Shown here: positions 15,627 to 24,864 of the stretch, piece by piece
Position numbering within the stretch: position 1 is the stretch's first letter
How the letters are laid out: every line of letters begins with the position of its first letter
Assembly (NCBI RefSeq): GCF_001652585.1
Contig: NZ_LWLG01000015.1
Location: 30,001 to 62,000, forward strand
DNA length: 32,000 nt
Source: Thermosulfurimonas dismutans
Lineage (GTDB): Bacteria; Desulfobacterota; Thermodesulfobacteria; Thermodesulfobacteriales; Thermodesulfobacteriaceae
Reading direction: 5' to 3'
The notes under the pieces: generated by a model
Database searches by the model: none
Seen by the model: only the letters and a program-made list of their open reading frames with translations
What the model was told of the DNA's origin: nothing
Made by a program: the position numbers and the translations under genes

Positions 15627-16730
15627 ATGAAAGATAGATTCGGGATAAACAAAAAAAGGTTGGCTATCCTAATCCTGGCCCATCTTATAGGGGCCATCTT
15701 CTGGCATTTAACTGGTTACTCCTTTCCGAGTTCTAAAAACGATAACCGCTATCCCCAAACATTTCTTAAAAAGACGGTCGCCGTAAAGGTTGCTCGAATA
15801 AGAAAGGGAGAGATCTCCGAGACTGAGGTAGCTTACGGAACGGTCATCCCTGCTCCAGGAGCGGTGGAGATTATCTCGATCCCTTTTGAAAGCCAGGTAA
15901 GGCGTATTTTTGTGAGTGAGGGCGAAGAGATTAGCCCCGGAACTCCCTTGCTTGAGCTCGCTCCAAGTCCAGATAGCCTTTTGAAGCTTGAGGTGGCCCA
16001 AACGGCTTACAAGATGGCTAAAAAGAAACTCACCCAGGTCAAAAAGAAAAAGGCTCTTAAATTGGCCACTAATCAGGAATTGCTTCAGGCGGAACAGGCC
16101 TTTCAGGAGGCTAGACTTAGGCTCGAAAGTCTCAAGAAGAAGGGACTCGGAAAGACCAAGACCCTCAAGGCCTCGCAAGACGGGATCGTCGGCAAGGTTT
16201 ATGTCCAAGAAGGAGCCATCGTCCCGGCAGGAGGCCCTTTGCTAGAGATCGTAACCGGAGGGGCCCTTGAAGTCAGACTAGGAGCCGAACCAGAGGATAT
16301 TTCTCGCCTGAAACCCGGAGAAAAAGTAAGACTTTTCCCGGTTAACAGACCGGCTAAGTCTGCCATAGAAGGCATTATCCGGGCCGTCTCCCGCTCGGTG
16401 AATCCTTCAACTCGGCTGGTGAACGTCTTTGTAGTCCCTGTCTCTCACAAAGACCTACTTCTTAATGAGTATGTCCGGGGCGAGATAATCGTTGCTGCTA
16501 AAGAAGCTCTCCTTGTTCCTCGTTCTGCGGTTCTTCCGGAAGGAGATCATTATGTCCTTTTTACCATCAAGGATGGTCGAGCCCGGAAACACACGGTCAA
16601 GATAGGTCTGGAAACCGAATCTCAGGTGGAGGTTATCGGCCAGGATCTCCATCCTGGAGATTTGGTGGTCATCCTTGGGAACTATGAACTTGAAGACGGA
16701 ATAGCCGTTCGGACGGAGAAAATAGAGTGA
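15627..16730 (+). CDS. RND efflux periplasmic adaptor (MFP/HlyD family), copy 1
   Basis: 367 aa. N-terminal anchor helix, lipoyl-like halves (GEEISPGTPLLEL ... GAIVPAGGPLLEI) flanking a K/E-rich coiled-coil hairpin, then beta-barrel/MP domains. GTGA overlap with the RND gene. Confidence 0.85.
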   Translation: MKDRFGINKKRLAILILAHLIGAIFWHLTGYSFPSSKNDNRYPQTFLKKTVAVKVARIRKGEISETEVAYGTVIPAPGAVEIISIPFESQVRRIFVSEGEEISPGTPLLELAPSPDSLLKLEVAQTAYKMAKKKLTQVKKKKALKLATNQELLQAEQAFQEARLRLESLKKKGLGKTKTLKASQDGIVGKVYVQEGAIVPAGGPLLEIVTGGALEVRLGAEPEDISRLKPGEKVRLFPVNRPAKSAIEGIIRAVSRSVNPSTRLVNVFVVPVSHKDLLLNEYVRGEIIVAAKEALLVPRSAVLPEGDHYVLFTIKDGRARKHTVKIGLETESQVEVIGQDLHPGDLVVILGNYELEDGIAVRTEKIE

Positions 16731-19700
16731 ATGTGGTTGAGTGGATGCAAAGCCACCGCCGTTCGATTCTCTTTTTGATTGCTATATTGGCTCTAGGAGG
16801 ACTGGCTGCCAGTTTTAGACTCCCGGTGGCCCTCTTCCCCCACGTGGATTTTCCCCGCGTGGAGGTGAAACTAGAGGCCGGTGACCGACCCGCGGAACGC
16901 ATGGCCATTGAGGTGACCCGCCCGGTGGAGGAGGCCATCAGGTCTGTTCCTGGAGTACGAAGCATCCGTTCAACTACCAGCCGAGGCAGCGCCGATATCT
17001 CCATCAACTTCGATTGGGGAGAAGACATGGTGGCGGCCATGCTTCAGGTAGAATCGGCCATAAACCAGGTCCTTCCCCGCCTCCCCCGGGGAACTTCTTT
17101 CACCGTAAGGCGCATGGACCCCACCGTCTTTCCAGTTTTGGCCTATAGTCTCACCTCTGACACCCATTCTCTGGTTGAACTGAGAGATCTAGCCCTTTAC
17201 CAGTTACGGCCTCTGCTTTCCACCGTTAAAGGGGTGGCCAAGGTTGGAGTCCAAGGAGGGGCGGAGGAAGAATACGAGGTCATGATCGATCCGGCCAAGC
17301 TGGATGCCTTGGGGCTTTCGATAGACGATGTTGCCAGGGCCCTTTCAGCGGCCAATGTCATCAAGGCCGTAGGACGTTTGGAAGACCACTATAAACTCTA
17401 TCTAGTCATCTCGGACACCCGCTTTCAGAGCCTGAAAGAAATCAAAGAGACCATCATCCGGGCCGGCAAGAATGGACTTGTTCGTCTGGACGATATTGCT
17501 ACTGTGCGCCGAGGTACCGCTCCTCAATGGATCAGGGTCACAGCCGACGGCCACGATGCCGTACTCCTCCTAATTTATCAACAACCTCGGGGTAATACCG
17601 TTGAGATAGCTAAGGAGGTCAAGAAAAAGCTGGCTGAATTTCGCAAACATCTTCCCCTAGGAATCAAAATTGCCAAGTGGTATGACCAGAGCGAGCTCAT
17701 CCTCTCGGCGGCCGGGAGCGTAAGGGATGCGGTGCTTATAGGCCTCCTTTTTGCCGCCCTGGTCCTTTGGCTGTTTTTGCGGAACCTCAAGATGACTTTT
17801 ATTGCCGCCGTCTTGGTTCCGAGTGTCCTCGCAGCTACCATCATCCTCCTCTACGTCCTCCACATGAGCTTCAACATCATGACCCTGGGAGGCCTGGCCG
17901 CGGCCGTGGGTCTCATCATCGACGACATGATCGTCATGGAGGAACATATCGTAAGAAGGCTTGGAGAACTGGCCAATCAGCAGCTTGGGATCGCCACGGC
18001 TGTTCGGGAGCTTTCTAGGCCGCTTGCCGGCTCCTCGGCCTCGACGACCATCATTTTTGCTCCCCTGGCCTTTCTCTCCGGGGTAACCGGGGCCTTTTTT
18101 AAGGCCCTCTCTCTTACCATGGCCGCAAGCCTTCTGATCTCCTTTTTTGTGGCCTGGTTGGGGGTTCCTATCCTGGCAAATCATCTGCTTACCCAGAAAG
18201 ACGCCGAAAAGGAAAGGCCCGGGAGATGGGCTTCCCGGTTCTATGAAAGATATGAGAGTTTCATGAAGAGCATTATGGCCCGATCCTGGCTCATTATTCC
18301 AGTACTTTTGATTTTGGTGGGTATCGGCTGGATAGCTTATCATCGGTTAGGCTCTGGCTTCATGCCTAAAATGGATGAGGGAGGGTTTGTCCTTGATTAT
18401 CGAGCTCCTTCTGGGACCTCTCTTACCGAAACGGATCGTCTCCTGCGTCAAGTCGAGATGATATTGCAAGAGACGCCAGACGTAGAGACCTATTCCCGGA
18501 GGACCGGACTATCTCTGGGGGGCCATATTACTGAGGCCAACGAGGGCGATTTCTTCGTCCGGTTGAAGCCCCCACCCCGGAGGGATATCGAGGCTGTGAT
18601 GGAGGACATAAGAGGCCGTATAGAGCGCAGGGTCCCAGGGCTTGAGATCGAGATGGCCCAGTTGATGGAAGATCTCATAGGAGATCTTACGGCTGTCCCG
18701 CAGCCCATAGAGATAAAGCTCTTTTCCGATAACGGTACTCTCTTGCGGAAACTGGCTCCCAAAGTAGCCGAAGAAATAAGAAAGATCCCCGGCGTGGTGG
18801 ATGTAAGAGATGGGATCGTTCTGGCCGGCGACGCCCTGGTCATCCATGTTGACCGGGATCGGGCGGCCCTTGAAGGAGTGGATCCCGAATGGGTAACCAG
18901 AATGCTCTCTTATTACCTTGGTGGCGCGGTCACCACCCAGATTCAGAAGACTCCCAAAATGGTGGGAGTTCGAGTCTGGATCCCAAGCCATCTCAGAGAT
19001 ACCGCTTCCAAGGTCGAGGCCCTCCGCCTGCGGGCTCCCGATGGACATCTATTCCCTTTGAGGCGTATCGCCAGGGTGGAGGTGCTCACCGGTCAACCCC
19101 AGATAATGCACGAAGACCTAAAGAGGATGGTGGCCGTTACCGGACGTATCAGCGGTCGGGATATGGGATCGGTCATCCGGGATGTAAAGAGGGTGCTTAA
19201 TCGTCCGGGACTCATTCCCAAAGGGGTCTATTATGAGCTCGGTGGTCTTTACCGTCAGCAACAAATTGCCTTTGCCGGGCTTTTGGCCGTTTTCGTGTCC
19301 GCGGTGCTTCTGGTCTTTTTGCTTCTCCTATTTCTCTATGAAAGTTTCCGGATGGCTATCGCCGTAATGGCAACCATCCTTTTGTCTCTGGCGGGAGTCT
19401 TTGTAGGTCTCTGGATTACCCATACCGAGATCAATATCTCCTCCATGATGGGGCTTACCATGATCGTGGGCATTGTTACCGAAACAGCCATTTTCTATCT
19501 CTCCGAATATCGTCTGCTTCCGCGCCATGTACCGTATAAAACGGCCTTGATCCTTGCCGGGAGAAATCGCCTGCGGGCGGTGGCCATGACCACGGTGGCT
19601 GCCATTTTGGCCCTTATGCCCCTGGCTCTCGGAATTGGTCAGGGAGCAGCTATGCTGAAGCCCCTGGCCATCGCCATAATTTCTGGTCTCTGTCTTCAAT

Positions 19701-19768
19701 TGCCGCTGGTCCTCGTGGTTTTGCCGGCCTTATTGGCGCTTATTAAAAGAGAATATCAAACAGGTTAA
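16727..19768 (+). CDS. RND efflux transporter permease (AcrB/CusA/CzcA superfamily), copy 1
   Basis: 1013 aa with a GTG start. 12-TM/2-large-loop architecture. TM4 motif GLIIDDMIVMEEH and TM10 region GIVTETAIFYLSEY. N-terminus VEWMQSHRRSILFLIAIL is typical of the family. Confidence 0.93.
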   Translation: MNVVEWMQSHRRSILFLIAILALGGLAASFRLPVALFPHVDFPRVEVKLEAGDRPAERMAIEVTRPVEEAIRSVPGVRSIRSTTSRGSADISINFDWGEDMVAAMLQVESAINQVLPRLPRGTSFTVRRMDPTVFPVLAYSLTSDTHSLVELRDLALYQLRPLLSTVKGVAKVGVQGGAEEEYEVMIDPAKLDALGLSIDDVARALSAANVIKAVGRLEDHYKLYLVISDTRFQSLKEIKETIIRAGKNGLVRLDDIATVRRGTAPQWIRVTADGHDAVLLLIYQQPRGNTVEIAKEVKKKLAEFRKHLPLGIKIAKWYDQSELILSAAGSVRDAVLIGLLFAALVLWLFLRNLKMTFIAAVLVPSVLAATIILLYVLHMSFNIMTLGGLAAAVGLIIDDMIVMEEHIVRRLGELANQQLGIATAVRELSRPLAGSSASTTIIFAPLAFLSGVTGAFFKALSLTMAASLLISFFVAWLGVPILANHLLTQKDAEKERPGRWASRFYERYESFMKSIMARSWLIIPVLLILVGIGWIAYHRLGSGFMPKMDEGGFVLDYRAPSGTSLTETDRLLRQVEMILQETPDVETYSRRTGLSLGGHITEANEGDFFVRLKPPPRRDIEAVMEDIRGRIERRVPGLEIEMAQLMEDLIGDLTAVPQPIEIKLFSDNGTLLRKLAPKVAEEIRKIPGVVDVRDGIVLAGDALVIHVDRDRAALEGVDPEWVTRMLSYYLGGAVTTQIQKTPKMVGVRVWIPSHLRDTASKVEALRLRAPDGHLFPLRRIARVEVLTGQPQIMHEDLKRMVAVTGRISGRDMGSVIRDVKRVLNRPGLIPKGVYYELGGLYRQQQIAFAGLLAVFVSAVLLVFLLLLFLYESFRMAIAVMATILLSLAGVFVGLWITHTEINISSMMGLTMIVGIVTETAIFYLSEYRLLPRHVPYKTALILAGRNRLRAVAMTTVAAILALMPLALGIGQGAAMLKPLAIAIISGLCLQLPLVLVVLPALLALIKREYQTG

Positions 19769-19773
19769 GAAAA

Positions 19774-20820
19774 ATGAGGACTATCTTTTCGGTCGCTTGC
19801 GTATTTTTTCTGATTATATCTTTGATCCAATTCGTAGAAGCGGCCAAGGTCGAACCGTCTCTCATCAAAGTTTCTACCCCGGTGAGAAGAGACTTTCGTC
19901 GGACTGTCCCTTTTGTGGGGAAGGTGTTTTCCAAAAAGAGCGTAAGGATAACGGCGCTCACGCCGGGTCGGATCGTCTCGATAGGCGTTCCCGATGAGAG
20001 CCGGGTGAGGGCCGGAGAAGTCCTCTTCGTCCTGGGCGGCCCGGAGGTGAAAAGGAGGCTTGCCACCCTAAGGTCACAAGTGGCCGTTCTTGAAAAGGAA
20101 ATCTCTTTGGCCGAGGAGGCTGTGAGGTTAAAGAGGGAAGGAGTTAAGGCCAAGATCATCCCTTACGGAGAGCTCCTTAACGCCGAAAAGCATCTTCTGC
20201 AACTCAAAAATGAACTTGTGGCCCGGAAAAACGAACTATACCTTTTTGAAACCCGGCTGCGGATCAGGGCCTCGATTTCGGGAATCTTTACCCGGCGAAG
20301 GGTCTCTATCGGTCAGAGGGTGGAAAAGGGAGCGGTTCTGGCTGAAGTCTTGGACCCGAAGGCTCTCTGGGTTAAGGCCATCGTCTTCCCCCCGGAAGGC
20401 GTCAGCCTCTCCGGCAAACCGGCCCTGATCCAGCTTCCGGGCCGCACCCTTTCCGCCAGGGTGGCGAGGGTGGCCCCCGAACGGACCCCGGCGGGAGGGA
20501 TAACGGTCTTTCTCGAAGGGAGGGATATTTCAAGGTCCCTGGCCCCGGGTGAGCCCGTGAGGGGAGTGGTGATCCTCGAGGAACATCGAAAGGCCCTGGC
20601 CGTCCCCGAAGAGGCCCTCGTCTATGACGAAGCCGAAAGGGCTTACGTCTTCGTCAAAAGCGAAAAGGGGTTTGAGAAGCGGATGGTCAAGACCGGGCTT
20701 TCCGGGGATGGTTTCGTAGAGGTCGTCTCTGGTCTCAGAGAAGGGGAAAAGGTGGTGATTAAGGGGGCCTACGAACTCTTTTATCGAGATTTTAGTCGGA
20801 TTTACAGAGTTCCCGATTAG
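19774..20820 (+). CDS. RND efflux periplasmic adaptor (MFP/HlyD family), copy 2
   Basis: 348 aa. Signal/anchor MRTIFSVACVFFLIISLIQFVEA. Lipoyl halves (RVRAGEVLFVLG ... RVEKGAVLAEV) around a coiled-coil. C-terminal VSGLREGEKVVIKGAYEL. Confidence 0.85.
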   Translation: MRTIFSVACVFFLIISLIQFVEAAKVEPSLIKVSTPVRRDFRRTVPFVGKVFSKKSVRITALTPGRIVSIGVPDESRVRAGEVLFVLGGPEVKRRLATLRSQVAVLEKEISLAEEAVRLKREGVKAKIIPYGELLNAEKHLLQLKNELVARKNELYLFETRLRIRASISGIFTRRRVSIGQRVEKGAVLAEVLDPKALWVKAIVFPPEGVSLSGKPALIQLPGRTLSARVARVAPERTPAGGITVFLEGRDISRSLAPGEPVRGVVILEEHRKALAVPEEALVYDEAERAYVFVKSEKGFEKRMVKTGLSGDGFVEVVSGLREGEKVVIKGAYELFYRDFSRIYRVPD

Positions 20821-20824
20821 GAAG

Positions 20825-21829
20825 GTGCGTGAGGTGCCTCTTACAGAAGCTAGGAGAATATCCCTGCGATTCTTTGTTCTTCTGGGTGCGTTGGGAGCCA
20901 TTCTCGGGCTTGAGTTCTATGAACATGTTTGCGCCCTTCCAGCTACAGATTGGAATACTCGCAATCTTTCTAGAATAAGGATTAAGGATCCGCATGATTT
21001 TTCATTCGCCGTATTTGGAGATAGCCAGTTCAGCATCTATGCCTTTGAAAGCCTCTTAAGGGACATTGACCAAGATCCTGAAATCTCCTTTGTCATTGCC
21101 TTGGGAGATATGGTCCATTCAGGAAGCAAGACATCGTATTCCCTTTTTTTGGATCTTATCCAAAAGAACCTTCACAAACCCCTAGTTACGGTCATCGGCA
21201 ATCACGAACTAAAAGGAGGCGGTTATCCGCTTTATACTCGGATCTTCGGCCGGCCTTATTACTCCTTTCGTATCGGAAGGACCTGTTTCTTGATCCTGGA
21301 TGATGCCGCAAGAAAGCTTAACCTCAAAGAAAGATCCTGGCTTGAAGGAGAACTCAGGAAGAGCCGGGACCTTTGCGACCACCGTTTGGTTTTTCTCCAC
21401 ATTCCCCTTTATGATCCCCGGCCTCACGAATACCACTGTCTACCCGAAAAAGAGGCCAAATTTCTTTCGAGGGTTTTTAGGGGCTACGGGGTCTCTCACG
21501 TATTTGCCGGACACATCCATGGTTATTTTCATGGAAACTGGAATGGCATTCCTTACACCATCACCGGCGGGGCAGGAGCTAGACTTTACGGCGGGGATCC
21601 GAGACATTTCTTCTACCATTATCTCAAAGTAAAGGTCATAAACGGTGTTCTTGACGTGGAAGTGAAACCCATTTTCGTTCCGGGCCCCAAATGGTTCGAT
21701 CATACCCTTTACTTTGTCTACACCTATCTCTTTGACCCTCATTGGTTAGAAGCGGCCCTGTGGATGATCGTTTTGGGGCTAATCTTTCCCCTGATCTGGA
21801 AAAAATTTCGAAAAGGACCCGGCAAATGA
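20825..21829 (+). CDS. Membrane-anchored calcineurin-like metallophosphoesterase (one TM helix at each end)
   Basis: 334 aa. Motifs FGDSQ, GDMVHSG, GNHE, FLHIPLY and GHIHGY. N-terminal helix FFVLLGALGAILGL and C-terminal helix AALWMIVLGLIFPLIW followed by KKFRKGPGK. The start is ambiguous (GTG 20825 or GTG 20834). ATGA overlap with the downstream RND gene. Confidence 0.85.
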   Translation: MREVPLTEARRISLRFFVLLGALGAILGLEFYEHVCALPATDWNTRNLSRIRIKDPHDFSFAVFGDSQFSIYAFESLLRDIDQDPEISFVIALGDMVHSGSKTSYSLFLDLIQKNLHKPLVTVIGNHELKGGGYPLYTRIFGRPYYSFRIGRTCFLILDDAARKLNLKERSWLEGELRKSRDLCDHRLVFLHIPLYDPRPHEYHCLPEKEAKFLSRVFRGYGVSHVFAGHIHGYFHGNWNGIPYTITGGAGARLYGGDPRHFFYHYLKVKVINGVLDVEVKPIFVPGPKWFDHTLYFVYTYLFDPHWLEAALWMIVLGLIFPLIWKKFRKGPGK

Positions 21830-24800
21830 GGGGATTTCTGCGCTGGCTTATTGACAGACCGCCCCTCATGCTTCTTTTGGTTGCATCCATCGTTTTTGCC
21901 GGGGTGTACGCCCTTTGGCACCTGCCGGTAGATCTTTTCCCCAATCTTGATCTTCCGGTGGTAAACATTGTTACTCATTATCCCGGGGCTGCTCCCGAGG
22001 ATATGGAACTTCTCGTTACCCGCCCTATTGAAGACGAAATGCGAGGCCTACCAGGGGTCAAACGGGTGGCCTCGGTCTCGGTTCAGGGCATCTCCAAGGT
22101 CACGGTGGAGTTTGGCCCTGGTATTTCGGTCAGAGAGGCCCGAGAACTCGTTCAGGCGAGGCTCGCCCGGACCGCTGGTCTCTTGCCGCGCGGGGCCGTC
22201 CCCAGGCTCGAAAACATCGGTACCACCCTTCAGGAGGTGCTCGGATATGTGGTCTACGGCTCGAAGGACCTCGTGGAACTGCGAAATCTCATCCGGTTTA
22301 CCCTCACCAATCGGCTCATGGGTATTCCCGGGGTCTCCTCGGTGGAGGTCTTTGGGGGTGATAGGCGGGCCTTTATTATCCGGGTAAGGCCAGAGGCCCT
22401 TGCCCGTCTCGGACTCGGCATTTCGGATCTCGAGCTAGCTCTAAGACGCCACAATGCCTCTGAGGTAGCCGGTTTCCTTACTAGAGGTGGACGGGAGTAT
22501 GTGATCCGTGGAGATGCCCGTCTGCAAACTATTGAAGACTTGAAAAACCTCTATCTAAAGAGCGCCGATGGGGAGGCGGTTCCTCTTTCGGCGGTGGCCG
22601 AAGTCTTTGAAGGAGTGGCTCCCAAGCATTACGAGGTCAGGGGAGACGGTCAACCGGCAGTGGCCTTTTACGTGCGTAAGCAACCCGGTGCTAGTTCTAT
22701 TGAGGTCGCCCGGGCCGTGGAAAACGCGGTGGAGGAATTCAAGGCCCTCCTTCCTCCGGGAACAAAGATCAAAAAATTCTACGATCAGTCAGAGATCATA
22801 AAAGAGGCCCGGGAAACCATTTCCAGTGATCTTTTGCTCGGGGCGGCCCTGGCAGTGACCGTCCTCTATCTTTTCATAGGGACGATGAGGCCTACCCTCA
22901 TAGTGGCCGCCACCATCCCACTCACCCTGCTGGTCACCCTAGTCCTAATGAAGATCCTGGGGCTTTCGCTCAATGTCATCACTTTTTCGGCGCTCACGCT
23001 TGCCGTGGGGATGATCGTGGACGACGCCATTGTGGTCACGGAGAACGTCTCCCGGCACCTGGAGATGGGGAAAGCATCCCCAGAGGCGGCCTTGGCAGGC
23101 ACGGTAGAAATCACCCCGCCCGACGCCGCCGGGACCTTCACCACTGTGGCGGCCTTTCTCCCCCTGGCCCTGGTGACCGGTATCGCCGGCCTTTTCCTGC
23201 GGCCCTTCGGTTTGGTGGTGAGTCTGGCCCTCCTAGTCTCCCTCATCCTTTCCCTCTCGTTGGTCCCGGTGCTTCTCGGGAATATGCCCCCGGTGCGGGA
23301 ACCCCTCCGGCCCCCGGCCGGGAGGCTTCTCACGGGTCTGAGGGGTCTCCTATCTCGGGTCCTCTCCTATAGCCTTGATCATCCCCGTAAAGTGATCGTT
23401 CTGAGTATGGGGGGCCTTACCTTGGCCGGTCTTTCGGTCTTTCTTGGCTCGGCAAAGCTCCTCCCTCCGGTGGACGAGGGGGCCATCCTGGTAGAATACA
23501 TCATGCCCCCAGGCACCTCTCTCAGGGAGAGCAATCGAATTGGAGAAGAGCTTGTCCGCCTAGCCATGACCGATCCCGATGTGGCCTGTGTGTATCGTCG
23601 CACCGGCTCCCCAGAGGTGGGTTACCAGATCGAGGGTGTCAACCGGGGAGAAATTATGATCAAGCTCAAGCCCAAGGGGGAACGTTACCGGGGAGTAGAG
23701 GAGATCATGGCCGATCTCAAGAGGGCTTATGCTCGCTTTCCCGGGGTGGTCTTTCTTTATCACCAGCCCACCCAGGAGAAGATGGACGAGAGTCTTTCCG
23801 GGCTTCCGGCCCTCTTCGGGGTGACTGTCTACGGTGAAGACCTTGACACCCTGGCGTACCTGGCCGGAAAGGTAGAAGAGATCATGGACGAGGATCCGGC
23901 CATTACCAATGTGGTCAATCCCCTGAAGACAAGAAGGCCTCAAATCGTAGTAAGGCTGAGGTATCCCGACCTTGCCCGTTTCGGGGTGAGCCTGGAGGAG
24001 GTGTTTTCCACCCTGAGGGCCACCTTTGGGGGCCTTGAGGCCACACGCATCGTGAGACAGCGGGAGGAGATCGATGTCCTTCTCGAATTTGATTGGCCCG
24101 AGGCTTTCGGCCTAAAAAGACTTGCCCTTCTACCTATCCGGACAGCGAAAGGGGAACTGGTACCCCTCAGGAAGGTGGCTGATATCCGGGTGGAATACCT
24201 CCCCGGAGAGATCACCAGGCTCAACGGTGAACGGGAGGTCACCCTGCTGGCCGAAGTGGAGGGGAACCTATTCAAGGTGGCCTCAAGCCTCAAGAGGCGT
24301 CTTGCGGCCCTTTCGCTTCCCCGGGGCTACCGGGTGGAGGTGACCGGACAGTACAAGGTTCTCAAAAGGAGCCTGTGGGAGATGATGTTTATCCTTTCCG
24401 GGGCTATCATTTTTGTCTATCTTATATTGTTTGCGGAGTTTAAGTCCTGGAAACGCCCTTTGGTGATATTGACTACGGCCCCTTTTTCCTTGGTAGGGGC
24501 TATCCTGGCCCTCTGGATAACCCGTCAGGGCCTGAACATCTCGGTGGCCATGGGCGTGCTCACCCTTATAGGAATCTGTGTCAACAATGCCATCGTCCTT
24601 CTCGACTTTGCCGAACAAAAAATAAGGGAAGGGATGGACAGAAAGGAGGCCCTGATTGAAGCGGCTCAGACCAGGCTCAGGCCAATCCTCCTTACCAGCC
24701 TGACAACTATCTTTGCCCTTATTCCTACGGCCCTGGGCCTCGGAGCGGGAGCTGAGTACTTTCGAGGATTTGCTATAGCTGTTATAGGAGGCCTCGTGAC

Positions 24801-24861
24801 GGCTACTCTGGTTTCGTTTATTCTGGTGCCCTGCATAGAAGTTTTTGGGAGTACAAGTTAG
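21826..24861 (+). CDS. RND efflux transporter permease (AcrB superfamily), copy 2
   Basis: 1011 aa from ATG 21826 (MRGFLRWLIDRPPLMLLL, a typical RND N-terminus). TM4 GMIVDDAIVVTEN and TM10 GICVNNAIVLLDFAEQ. The longer ORF from 21742 overlaps the phosphoesterase and is not needed. Confidence 0.93.
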   Translation: MRGFLRWLIDRPPLMLLLVASIVFAGVYALWHLPVDLFPNLDLPVVNIVTHYPGAAPEDMELLVTRPIEDEMRGLPGVKRVASVSVQGISKVTVEFGPGISVREARELVQARLARTAGLLPRGAVPRLENIGTTLQEVLGYVVYGSKDLVELRNLIRFTLTNRLMGIPGVSSVEVFGGDRRAFIIRVRPEALARLGLGISDLELALRRHNASEVAGFLTRGGREYVIRGDARLQTIEDLKNLYLKSADGEAVPLSAVAEVFEGVAPKHYEVRGDGQPAVAFYVRKQPGASSIEVARAVENAVEEFKALLPPGTKIKKFYDQSEIIKEARETISSDLLLGAALAVTVLYLFIGTMRPTLIVAATIPLTLLVTLVLMKILGLSLNVITFSALTLAVGMIVDDAIVVTENVSRHLEMGKASPEAALAGTVEITPPDAAGTFTTVAAFLPLALVTGIAGLFLRPFGLVVSLALLVSLILSLSLVPVLLGNMPPVREPLRPPAGRLLTGLRGLLSRVLSYSLDHPRKVIVLSMGGLTLAGLSVFLGSAKLLPPVDEGAILVEYIMPPGTSLRESNRIGEELVRLAMTDPDVACVYRRTGSPEVGYQIEGVNRGEIMIKLKPKGERYRGVEEIMADLKRAYARFPGVVFLYHQPTQEKMDESLSGLPALFGVTVYGEDLDTLAYLAGKVEEIMDEDPAITNVVNPLKTRRPQIVVRLRYPDLARFGVSLEEVFSTLRATFGGLEATRIVRQREEIDVLLEFDWPEAFGLKRLALLPIRTAKGELVPLRKVADIRVEYLPGEITRLNGEREVTLLAEVEGNLFKVASSLKRRLAALSLPRGYRVEVTGQYKVLKRSLWEMMFILSGAIIFVYLILFAEFKSWKRPLVILTTAPFSLVGAILALWITRQGLNISVAMGVLTLIGICVNNAIVLLDFAEQKIREGMDRKEALIEAAQTRLRPILLTSLTTIFALIPTALGLGAGAEYFRGFAIAVIGGLVTATLVSFILVPCIEVFGSTS

Positions 24862-24864
24862 CTT

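Noticed and set aside
17657-18343. 228-aa minus-strand ORF (and neighbours at 17578-17844 and 18490-19048) antisense to RND copy 1
   Set aside because: These are shadow ORFs inside an uninterrupted 1013-aa RND reading frame. Their G/P/K/H-rich composition shows no family signal.
16727-19768. Calling RND copy 1 a CusA-type Cu(I)/Ag(I) pump on the basis of OMF-first gene order and the CusR-like regulator
   Set aside because: In my by-eye alignment the three periplasmic Met positions of CusA are not Met here. The small periplasmic protein has no Met-rich site either. I left the substrate unassigned.
21742-21825. 28-codon N-terminal extension of RND copy 2 given in the ORF track
   Set aside because: The extension overlaps the phosphoesterase C-terminus in another frame. 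The ATG at 21826 gives a canonical RND N-terminus (MRGFLRWLIDRPP...) and a typical ATGA stop/start overlap.
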